A stretch of DNA of 10,179 bases from Candidatus Bathyarchaeia archaeon (GCA_050012255.1 JBEKHN010000033.1:1-10179), one strand, 5' to 3'. Shown: positions 1 through 7,407, counted from the stretch's first letter. Program-made: numbers and translations. Notes: a model not told the origin generated them from the sequence alone.

Positions 1-167
1 TATGAATCGACAGTCTCGTCACTTCATGTCTTCGCTCCAGCTATTATAGAATGGAAATCGCTGTTAAAGCTTGCTTATCCCTTTAAGAAATCTCCTTCAA
101 GCCAATTTTATGTATCAGAGAAAAATGGGGAATGTGCGGGAAGCTTCTATACACTGGCAACATAAGA

Positions 168-188
168 CCCTTATAAAGGGTATTTAAG
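168..188 (+). promoter_or_regulatory. Probable tbp promoter: dyad CCCTT-ATA-AAGGG (168-180) abutting TATTTAAG (181-188)
   Basis: TATA-like box 30 nt upstream of ATG 219 with purine-rich BRE-like AAAGGG; no Shine-Dalgarno (SD), consistent with a short leader. Confidence 0.55.
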
Positions 189-218
189 CATCCGCTACAC
201 TATAATAAGTGGTTTTTA

Positions 219-779
219 ATGCCGAAAACTAAAGCCATAATAACCATTCAAAACGTTGTTGCCACTGTCACATTGAACCAGAAAGTTGACTTAAACGCCG
301 TCGTGAAGAGTTATCCTGGAGTTGAATACCACCCAGAGGAATTTCCAGGACTTGTGTTTAGGCTTAAGAGACCGAAGACCGCCACGCTGATTTTCAATTC
401 TGGTAAAATGGTTTGTACAGGCGCCAAATCAGAGCAGGAAGCGCGCAGGGCTGTTATGACAGTTGTTAAAGAGCTGAAGAGGGGCGGAATAATCATCATC
501 AGTAGGCCGGACTTGAAGGTTGTGAACATGGTTGCTTCTGCAAGCTTGGGCGGAAGGGTAGACTTGGAACTGGCAGTGAGCGCGCTTGGAAAAACCATGT
601 ATGAGCCGGAGCAGTTTCCAGGGTTGATCTACAGGATGGACGAGCCTAAGGTGGTCATACTGATATTCGCGAGCGGGAACCTTGTTTGCACAGGGGCGAA
701 GAAAGAACAGGACGTTTATGACGCAGTGCACAAGCTTCACGAAAGGTTGGAGGAACTAAACCTCATATTCTACGAATAA
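219..779 (+). CDS. tbp: TATA-box-binding protein
   Basis: 186 aa with two TBP repeats: IQNVVAT...YHPEEFPGLVFR...LIFNSGKMVCTGAKS and VVNMVAS...YEPEQFPGLIYR...LIFASGNLVCTGAK. Confidence 0.98.
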   Translation: MPKTKAIITIQNVVATVTLNQKVDLNAVVKSYPGVEYHPEEFPGLVFRLKRPKTATLIFNSGKMVCTGAKSEQEARRAVMTVVKELKRGGIIIISRPDLKVVNMVASASLGGRVDLELAVSALGKTMYEPEQFPGLIYRMDEPKVVILIFASGNLVCTGAKKEQDVYDAVHKLHERLEELNLIFYE

Positions 780-863
780 ACCTTCATAGTTAATCGCCTT
801 TCGCCTTCGTTTGTACGTTCCTCATCGTAGTGGAGTGGAACGCGTTTGTATCCGAAAACGGTG

Positions 864-878
864 GAAAGCTTTTTATCT
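864..878 (+). promoter_or_regulatory. BRE/TATA-like promoter of the Cren7-like gene
   Basis: GAAAGCTTTTTATCT about 50 nt before ATG 926; the same 11-mer GCTTTTTATCT occurs at 4805-4815 upstream of the RsmB gene. Confidence 0.55.
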
Positions 879-925
879 GTCCCCATCAGAAACCATGGTT
901 ATCAAGATATACTGGAGGAAATTGA

Positions 926-1096
926 ATGGGAAAATGTAAGAAATGTGGAACAGTTGTTTCATCACCTAGGAAGAAGTGGACAATGGCCGGACGTCCATCC
1001 AAAGCTGGAAAAAGAACGCAGTTAGAAATAGGCCTTTTCGACTGTCCAAAGTGCAAGAAGCCCTTCCGAGAAGTACTAAGCAAGAAGACGATTTAG
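926..1096 (+). CDS. Cren7-like small basic chromatin protein with two CxxC pairs (not in ORF track)
   Basis: MGKCKKCGTVVSSPRKKWTMAGRPSKAGKRTQLEIGLFDCPKCKKPFREVLSKKTI (56 aa). The P-x-K-x-W...IGLFxCP...FR pattern matches Cren7; SD GGAGG at 914-918. Confidence 0.85.
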   Translation: MGKCKKCGTVVSSPRKKWTMAGRPSKAGKRTQLEIGLFDCPKCKKPFREVLSKKTI

Positions 1097-1346
1097 GCAC
1101 GCCGAAGACGGCCTAAAAAGGCAAAAGAAGTCGCAGGCAAAGCCGATGTGGGTGGAGAAGGCACAAGGCATCAAGCTTACACCCCCATCATTCCACCATT
1201 TTTCAATCTAGCGCGCGCAAAAGTTCTTGTTCATCTATTTTTAAATACACTTCTTTCAATTTATAGAATGAAAGAACATTGGAAGGTTGAATGTGCTTCG
1301 CAGTGACATAACCAGGTAGGGCTATGTTGCGCTTCGCAAGGTTTTC

Positions 1347-1466
1347 CTACTCTTGTGTAAGCGTTATTTCTATTGTTGAAACCATCCGTGCTCTGTTTTC
1401 GCCTTCCCTTGCTGGCATCTCCTCTGTTCCGATAGCGATTCTACTTACTTTTAATTGAGCAAAGCG
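1347..1466 (-). pseudogene. 3' fragment of a second alba copy
   Basis: 1342-1430 is 87/89 identical to 2883-2971. It translates to (RFAQ)LKVSRIAIGTEEMPAREGENRARMVSTIEITLTQE*; the N-terminal ~55 aa of Alba are absent. Confidence 0.88.
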
Positions 1467-1552
1467 CCCGCTTTGTGCACGAAGAGGTAGCCTTCGCCTT
1501 AGGTTAAACATATAACCAATCAAGAGGATATCCTGATTTGGCGAAGAAGTGA

Positions 1553-1681
1553 ATGCGCGAAGAGGCTAGGCGGAAGTGTAAAGCTTGTGGAAACCTGTTC
1601 ATGCCAGACAATGATTTTCAAGGCTTCTGCTCAGACAGGTGCTACCACGTTTTCAGAGGAGAAATAAAACCAAGTGCCTAG
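1553..1681 (+). CDS. 42-aa Cys4 zinc-finger mini-protein (FCS/TRASH-like treble clef; not in ORF track)
   Basis: MREEARRKCKACGNLFMPDNDFQGFCSDRCYHVFRGEIKPSA contains CxxCG-x-x-F...FCSxxC; AT-rich TTAAACATATAA lies about 40 nt upstream. Confidence 0.65.
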   Translation: MREEARRKCKACGNLFMPDNDFQGFCSDRCYHVFRGEIKPSA

Positions 1682-1755
1682 CATAATCTAGCCTTTCACG
1701 CACATTTAGAGGCAGCTTTTCTGGACGATTTTAGCGCGCGCCCTATCGTTTGAAT

Positions 1756-2757
1756 CTACGAGGAAGAAAGCAAAGATGACTGGTCTGGCACTTCTAGCTT
1801 CAACTGCCTTTTCAGGGTCTTGTAGCGGTTTCTCACCGTGACCTCAGTGACGCCTGCTGCTTCGGCAATGTCCTTCTGTGTCTTCTTCTCGTTGTTCTGC
1901 AAACAAGCAATATACAATGCTGCAGCAGCCAACCCCATAGGGTCTTTTCCGGCAGCAGCCCGTTTATCTCTGGCTTCTCGAAGAATCCGTATAGCAATTC
2001 CCTGGGTCTTGCCCGAAATTCCTGTTCTTTCAGCGATTTTAGAAACGTATGTGAGGGGGTCAGGGATGGACATGTGCATGTCAAGTTCACGTAGCAAGAG
2101 CCGGTAGCAACGAGCAACGTCCTTTTTGTCGACTAGGCTTGCCTCTGCGATTTCATGAAGTGCTCTTGGAGTTCCACTTCCACGGCAAGCCGCATAAGCC
2201 GCAGCAGCCGTTATGGCTGCGATAGACCTGCCGCGGACTAAGCTCTTATCTAAGGCTTTACGGTAAATGACCGCAGCCTTCTCTTTGATTGGCCGTGGAA
2301 TGTAGACCTTGTCTGATAGGCGGTCAAGCTCAGCCATTGCCTGGGCAAGGTTTCTGTCAACTGAAGAATGCGCCCTAGAACGGATCTGCCATTTCCTCAG
2401 GCGCCACATCTGCAGGCGCGTTGATAATGGAAGTTTTCTTCCAAAGGCGTCACGGTCAATCTGGCTAATGGCCGTTGACAAGCCTTTATCATGGACAGAA
2501 TAAGACGTTGGCATCCCAACGCGGCTTCTTGAGGCTTTCTCTTCCTGGGTGAAAGCGCGCCATTCTGGTCCTTTATCCATCATTTGCCCGTATAAGACGA
2601 GTCCGCAGTCGCCGCAAACAGTCTCACCCGTATCATAATCATGGATAAGGTTTACACTAGCACATTCCGGACACTTATCTGGCAGCGTTTGCTGAGACCG
2701 TGCCACTTTCTTTCTTTTTTCCATCTTTTCTGTCTCGATCATATGGAGTAGGGTCAT
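1756..2757 (-). CDS. tfb: Transcription initiation factor IIB
   Basis: Zn ribbon CPEC...CGDCG, B-reader GPEWRAF, cyclin repeats (LVRGRSI; GKDPMGLAAAALY; AGVTEVTVRNRYK). Exact start is uncertain (2757, 2742 or 2724). Confidence 0.98.
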   Translation of the reverse strand: MTLLHMIETEKMEKRKKVARSQQTLPDKCPECASVNLIHDYDTGETVCGDCGLVLYGQMMDKGPEWRAFTQEEKASRSRVGMPTSYSVHDKGLSTAISQIDRDAFGRKLPLSTRLQMWRLRKWQIRSRAHSSVDRNLAQAMAELDRLSDKVYIPRPIKEKAAVIYRKALDKSLVRGRSIAAITAAAAYAACRGSGTPRALHEIAEASLVDKKDVARCYRLLLRELDMHMSIPDPLTYVSKIAERTGISGKTQGIAIRILREARDKRAAAGKDPMGLAAAALYIACLQNNEKKTQKDIAEAAGVTEVTVRNRYKTLKRQLKLEVPDQSSLLSSS

Positions 2758-2887
2758 AACAGATAACCTTCACAAAACGCAATTCCTCGTATTACTCGTC
2801 AGAATTTGGGCGATTTAATTGTTAGTCCGCAGTGCGCGCTAGAAAGAAGGATATTACCGGTTGACGCTTTGTTCAGCAGGGCTTTTC

Positions 2888-3175
2888 CTACTCTTTTGTA
2901 AGCGTTATTTCTATTGTTGAAACCATCCGTGCTCTGTTTTCGCCTTCCCTTGCTGGCATCTCCTCCGTTCCTATGGAGGTTTTGCTTATTTTTAGGTCTT
3001 TTAGGAAGCGGTTTCTGGTTATTTCAGCTACGTCAACAGCTGTTGTTATTGCTCGTCCTCTTGCTTTCAGAACTACTTCCTTGGCATTGCTCGCCGATAT
3101 TCTTGTCATAACTGCTAGAACATAGTCCATTGGTGTTTTGTTTCCAATGAAAACGATTCCCGATTTTTCAGACAT
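2888..3175 (-). CDS. albA: DNA/RNA-binding chromatin protein Alba
   Basis: VFIGNKTPMDYVLAV, KARGRAITTAVDVAE, IGTEE, VSTIEI; SD AAGGAGTGA upstream. Confidence 0.96.
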   Translation of the reverse strand: MSEKSGIVFIGNKTPMDYVLAVMTRISASNAKEVVLKARGRAITTAVDVAEITRNRFLKDLKISKTSIGTEEMPAREGENRARMVSTIEITLTKE

Positions 3176-3276
3176 TTCAAATCACTCCTTTCATCATTGA
3201 CTTTAACGTGCAACGTTGTTGTGTTCTTCCGGTCTCTCAACAACAGAACGCTGTTGCCCTTATACTACGCATACTT

Positions 3277-3288
3277 CCTTATAAAGCG
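3277..3288 (-). promoter_or_regulatory. Probable alba TATA box (CTTTATAAGG on the minus strand)
   Basis: Canonical TTTATAA about 105 nt upstream of the ATG; the same CCTTATAAAG 10-mer is upstream of tbp (169-178). Confidence 0.45.
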
Positions 3289-3558
3289 ATCAAACAGCGG
3301 GGCGTTCTAGGATATTTCGATCGATGCCAAGGATTTTTGGCTTTAGCGCGTGCATTCTTATAGCTTTCTTAGGATGGGAAGGGTTAATCGCTTTGAGCGC
3401 TACTAAGTAGGGGAGCAAAAGAGCTTGAAGAGTCAACATCCATTAGGGTGATATACGGGGAAGCAGTGGTTAGCGGATGGAAATTCAAGAGTGGTATTCC
3501 GGATATTCTCTTCGGTCGGAGCTCGTAGCGCGCGCGAGGTGTTTCAAAACTGTTCCTT

Positions 3559-4047
3559 GTGGATGACGAGACGCTAAAGAAGGTGGCTGCGTTGTTCGGA
3601 GAGGATGCTGTTAGAGTAGTTGAAGCCCTCAAAGAGGTTCACGAGATTACTGATAATGAGATAGCGGATAAAACCCAAATGCGCCTCAACCTGGTTCGCA
3701 AGGCGCTCTACAGGCTCTACGACCACTCCATCGTGGCTCTCAGGCGGGCCCGCGACAAAGAAACAGGCTGGTTTGTCTTCAACTGGAGACTCCAACCAGA
3801 CCAACTGGAAGGCTTTATCCTAAACCAAAAGCGCCGTGTTCTAGAAAAACTGGAAATCCGGCTTGAATACGAGAAAAGCCACGAGTTTTACAGCTGCCAA
3901 ACGCCAGGCTGCAAACGATTCCCCTTCGAAGAGGCATTTGAGCTTCTCTTTAAATGCCCCGCCTGCAACAAACCAATGATGTACCTCAACAACGACCGTA
4001 TCATTGAGATCCTAACCCGAAAAATTGAACATACAAAAGTTCTGTAA
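3559..4047 (+). CDS. tfe: Transcription factor E alpha subunit
   Basis: Winged helix (ITDNEIA...LNLVRKALYRLY...RDKETGWFVFNW) plus Zn ribbon (CQTPGC...FEEAFELLFKCPAC). The start may be the in-frame CTG at 3550. Confidence 0.95.
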   Translation: MDDETLKKVAALFGEDAVRVVEALKEVHEITDNEIADKTQMRLNLVRKALYRLYDHSIVALRRARDKETGWFVFNWRLQPDQLEGFILNQKRRVLEKLEIRLEYEKSHEFYSCQTPGCKRFPFEEAFELLFKCPACNKPMMYLNNDRIIEILTRKIEHTKVL

Positions 4048-4222
4048 GCGTTGAAATGTTATAGAATTATTCCATCCGCAGATTTGAGATGCAAGTTATT
4101 TAGCGAAGTTCTTGGGATGGCGGATAAAACTTTACCCCAACCAAACCACCAACCAAAGACCCAACGACAGAATCTTGTAAGAAAAAAACCTAGAGGGAGA
4201 GGAAGCTATTCCTGGGCGCGCG

Positions 4223-4294
4223 GAAGAAGCTTATTCGTCCTACCATCCTTGTGAGGATACCAACAATTCCAAGAACCTTCTTAACATTCACCAT
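4223..4294 (-). pseudogene. 5' remnant of a flavodoxin-fold (WrbA/NADPH-dependent FMN reductase/iron-sulfur flavoprotein-like) gene
   Basis: MVNVKKVLGIVG, then after a 1-nt deletion (AT in place of a Ser codon) PHKDGRTNKLL. This matches the KVLGIxGSPRxxGxT FMN-binding loop. It ends at GCGCGCG 4216-4222. Confidence 0.65.
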
Positions 4295-4850
4295 AGACCA
4301 TTCTGCGCGTGCGACTAAAGCAGAAAAACAATCGCGTTTTCGACTTTGATGCTTCATAGCCTATCAGCGTCAAGGCCTTATTGGTTTAAAGGTGTTCAAC
4401 TAAGGTTTCGGGTGTTGCCCCCGCGTCAAGATTACATTGCGTTTCATATCTACTATCTAAACGTCCCTATTGCGCATGAAAGCCTCCCCTTTAGTCCTTT
4501 ATGCCTCCGAATACACTGAAAGCCTGCAACCTTTATTCTTGACCCATGACCCTTCCTTTCACCAAACCTAGAACACTATTGCTCACTTAATGAAGATGTT
4601 GACATCCTTATGCGTATCTAGAATGCCTACAATAATATCATCTTAGAAACAACATATTGCTGTATGACGACGTTTCTTGCACAAATTTACTTTTTCTTTT
4701 GTTGACTCTGACGCCATGGAGGCGCGCGCATTTCAATTTGTTACAATTAGTGAACTTTCGATCATTCTTCAAAATCACTTGTGACATCCTTCATAAGCGC
4801 CCGCGCTTTTTATCTACGTCCTCGCCTTTGTCATCGGTGTGTGAACGCGT

Positions 4851-6203
4851 TTGCTCAAAGAAGCTTGGACGCTTGCCATTGAAACTCTGAGCTGGATGGA
4901 AATGCGAAGATTAAGTGAGCCTTTAGCCTTCGCGAGAACGGTTAAACAGCTAGGCATAGAAGACCATGATTCTTTAAGATTAGCTCATATGCTTGTTTCT
5001 GAAACTGTTCGCCGGCAAAACTTCATAGACAAATTCATAAATGACACCATGAAACCTGCGACAATCAACGAATGCAGTTTGGGCGTGCAGGCGTTCCTGC
5101 GACTTTATGTTTATCAAATGAGAATAGCTAAAAACTGGTTCAGTCCGAACCTCAAAGAAGCTGGGAGCATAGCTAAACTGGCACGCAGCGTTCTAGGATG
5201 GAAAACGCTAATTAAAGTAGAGCCTTTCTTAGGCGTGCTACTGACCCAACGGCCTGCAATGGTGTTTGCACGTGCAGGTGACGAGGAACAGGTTGGGCTT
5301 CAAACTTTCCATCCAACATGGTTCGTAAAATACTGCTTCAAACTATTCGGCAGAAACCAAACTACTGCCATGCTAGAAGCAAATGCGCAGCCGCCGCCAA
5401 CTTATCTTAGACTGAACACGCTCAAAGCTGAGGAAAAGCAAATTCTTGAAAGACTCTCTGAAGAAGGCGTTAGACTTGAGAAGGTTGAACAGTTGCGCTA
5501 CACGTACAAAGTCGCAGCAGCAAAACAACCTGTAACCAGAGCACCAAGCTTCCAGGAAGGCCTATTCTTCGTTGAAGACAAGGCAAGCTGCTTCACAGTA
5601 GAAGCCGCAAACCCGCAACCTAGAATGACCGTCTTAGATGTTTGTGCGGCCCCAGGAGCAAAAACCACCTATCTGGCCCAGTTAATGCAGAACCGCGGCA
5701 GCATCCTCTCCATAGATTACTCAAAGCGCAGAATCACCGTCTGGAAAAGCCAAATTGCACACATGGGTGTAGAGATCGCCGAACCAATCATCGCAGATGC
5801 ACGTACCCCATTACCGTTCACGGAAGAGGCAGACATTATAGTTTTAGATCCACCATGCACAGGCACAGGCACCTTTGGAAAAGTGCCTTCAGCCAAATGG
5901 CGGCTTACCCCCCGGTCGATTGAACGAATGGCTGAAATTCAATGGCAAATGCTCAACAACTGCGCAGATAAGGTGAAGTCAGGAGGCATATTAATCTATT
6001 CTACATGCAGTGTAACAGCCGAAGAAAATGAAATGCTCATTGAAAAATTCCTGAAATGGCATCCAGAGCTTTCACTGAGCGAAATAACGCCAAGAATAGG
6101 CTCGTCCGGACTGAGAGGATTAGAAAAATGTCAAAGGCTCTATCCTCACACTCACAAATGCAACGGCTTCTTTATCGCAAAACTATCAAAGGACAAAATC
6201 TAA
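4851..6203 (+). CDS. RsmB/NOP2/Sun-family RNA (cytosine-5)-methyltransferase with N-terminal NusB-like region
   Basis: RLNTLK, SAM-binding VLDVCAAPGAKT, motif IV LDPPCTG, motif VI YSTCS, C-terminal GFFIAKL; TTG start. Confidence 0.95.
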   Translation: MLKEAWTLAIETLSWMEMRRLSEPLAFARTVKQLGIEDHDSLRLAHMLVSETVRRQNFIDKFINDTMKPATINECSLGVQAFLRLYVYQMRIAKNWFSPNLKEAGSIAKLARSVLGWKTLIKVEPFLGVLLTQRPAMVFARAGDEEQVGLQTFHPTWFVKYCFKLFGRNQTTAMLEANAQPPPTYLRLNTLKAEEKQILERLSEEGVRLEKVEQLRYTYKVAAAKQPVTRAPSFQEGLFFVEDKASCFTVEAANPQPRMTVLDVCAAPGAKTTYLAQLMQNRGSILSIDYSKRRITVWKSQIAHMGVEIAEPIIADARTPLPFTEEADIIVLDPPCTGTGTFGKVPSAKWRLTPRSIERMAEIQWQMLNNCADKVKSGGILIYSTCSVTAEENEMLIEKFLKWHPELSLSEITPRIGSSGLRGLEKCQRLYPHTHKCNGFFIAKLSKDKI

Positions 6204-6470
6204 ACAGAAACCAAGAGCGAGGAGGAAGAACGGGCGTGCGTGTTTCGCAAGGTTTTCTTCGCGCGCACTAGTGAAGGGTGTGTATGAGTATGGAAAATTG
6301 TAACAGATTTCTGTAACAATCCCGTCACTTTCCCCAAATTACGCGCGTTAGTGGGTCGCAAACTAGTTCCATGGGGTCGTCGTTTGGTTTGGAATAAAAT
6401 TTAGTCATAAAGCTAAAACAACAAGAGTAAAAAAGATGGAAACTCTTTATTTATTCACAATGCAATGCTC

Positions 6471-6512
6471 CTATTTCTGTTTCTTATGTCCCTTCTTCTT
6501 CTTTTTTCCCAT
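6471..6512 (-). CDS. 13-aa Lys-rich micropeptide MGKKKKKGHKKQK
   Basis: Strong SD GAGGTGA (6528-6522) 9 nt upstream, TATA-like TTTTAAT near 6554-6548, and T-rich terminator-like sequence downstream on the minus strand (about 6435-6409). Confidence 0.55.
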   Translation of the reverse strand: MGKKKKKGHKKQK

Positions 6513-6578
6513 TCTTGTTTTTCACCTCAAACCATTTATTGTGTATGATTAAAATTTAGTTCCCAAATCCAAAAGCGC

Positions 6579-6740
6579 CTATTTTTTACCTTTCGAATGT
6601 TTTGCAGGAAGCGAAACCTGCTTTTTCTGTTTTCTTTCCTGGTCTTTCTCTCTCTGTAGTTTTTTATGTTGCTCTAAACCTGCAGCTTTCTTTTCTCTTC
6701 TTGACAAAAACTCATCAACCTTAGCAGGCAATAGAAGCAT
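6579..6740 (-). CDS. About 50-aa basic, charged helical hypothetical protein
   Basis: MLLLPAKVDEFLSRREKKAAGLEQHKKLQREKDQERKQKKQVSLPAKHSKGKK, strongly purine-biased sense strand; alternative TTG start at 6731. Confidence 0.55.
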   Translation of the reverse strand: MLLLPAKVDEFLSRREKKAAGLEQHKKLQREKDQERKQKKQVSLPAKHSKGKK

Positions 6741-7127
6741 TACGCATTCTAAAACGTTGTCCTATTTTCTACAACTGAAGGGCGTATACTCGATTCCGAT
6801 ACTACCTATATACCTGCCCTATTATGGTATTGGTTATTTCCTACCCACTTGATTACTGCAACAAAGCACTGTACGCTGGACCGTGTATACTGCCTCCCAG
6901 TAGCCTTTTCTGAAGTCACCTAGCACGTAGAAATTTGGTTTGGTTTGGATAAAACTTTACCATTAGCCAAAGAGTTCATGCAGAAAGTTGTCAACGGGTT
7001 ATGTCATGACAGAATCATCACGCGCGCGCCCCCTAACTAGAGGGACAGAGTACAAGAGATGGGGGTGCAGAGTGAGGGCAGACTTATTGAGAAGGAAGTG
7101 TCATAAGAATATTGAGAGAGTCTGTTT

Positions 7128-7241
7128 ATGAGCAAGCGCAGACGGTTTGACAGACTCGAATGTCAGGGTTGCATTTACAAAGCGAGCACGTACTGCTGGA
7201 GACAATGCCCGTACAACATCTGGAAGAAGGAAGAATACTAA
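7128..7241 (+). CDS. 37-aa Cys4 mini-protein (CxxC-x7-CxxxCP)
   Basis: MSKRRRFDRLECQGCIYKASTYCWRQCPYNIWKKEEY, with ordered cysteine spacing and a basic N-terminus. Confidence 0.55.
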   Translation: MSKRRRFDRLECQGCIYKASTYCWRQCPYNIWKKEEY

Positions 7242-7317
7242 ATCTTGCGCTGAGCAAACGCAACAATTTTGCTCTCTTACACACGCGCTTGCACCAACGT
7301 CTTAGCCTGCTTAGATT

Positions 7318-7385
7318 GTCCTATGGAAACCAAGGCAAACCGATTATTATATTATATACTCGGTTTTCTCAATTTTCCATAGGAC
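7318..7385. repeat. 68-bp nested inverted repeat
   Basis: GTCCTATGGAAA-N7-AAACCGA-(16 nt AT-rich)-TCGGTTT-N7-TTTCCATAGGAC, with perfect 12-bp and 7-bp arms and equal spacers. Confidence 0.85.
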
Positions 7386-7407
7386 TACTCAATGGTCAAG
7401 CGCGCGC

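Noticed and set aside
311-1083. Minus-strand ORFs 311-598, 429-740 and 886-1083
   Set aside because: Antisense shadows of tbp and the Cren7-like gene, with no motifs.
1268-1306. Micro-ORF MKEHWKVECASQ after a TTTTTAAAT box
   Set aside because: 12 aa with no SD or recognisable motif; cannot be distinguished from chance.
1347-1511. 54-aa chimeric ORF running from ATG 1511 into the alba fragment
   Set aside because: The N-terminus is unrelated to Alba and has no SD; treated as a pseudogene.
3360-3525. Possible structural RNA (SRP, tRNA) between alba and tfe
   Set aside because: No cloverleaf, SRP helix-8 motif or long stems visible.
1833-3804. ORFs 1833-2117, 1838-2107, 2309-2503, 2914-3111, 3384-3632 and 3574-3804
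   Set aside because: They overlap tfb, alba or tfe in other frames or strands.
4051-4890. ORFs 4051-4254 and 4657-4890, and SD-preceded minus-strand micro-ORFs MGQE and MRNRDV
   Set aside because: No motifs; the longer ORFs run across repeat or junction sites and the micro-ORFs are too short to support.
1333-6257. Exact 14-mer TTCGCAAGGTTTTC at 1333-1346 and 6244-6257
   Set aside because: A single 14-bp match in 10 kb is within chance expectation.
6782-6894. Possible ncRNA closed by GGCGTATAC / GTATACTGCC
   Set aside because: The pairing relies on the self-palindromic GTATAC and no internal structure or family is recognisable.
7312-7385. H/ACA guide RNA reading of the dyad (ACA after the stem on the minus strand)
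   Set aside because: No K-turn or K-loop in the apex, and pocket-to-ACA spacing (17 nt) exceeds the usual 14-16.
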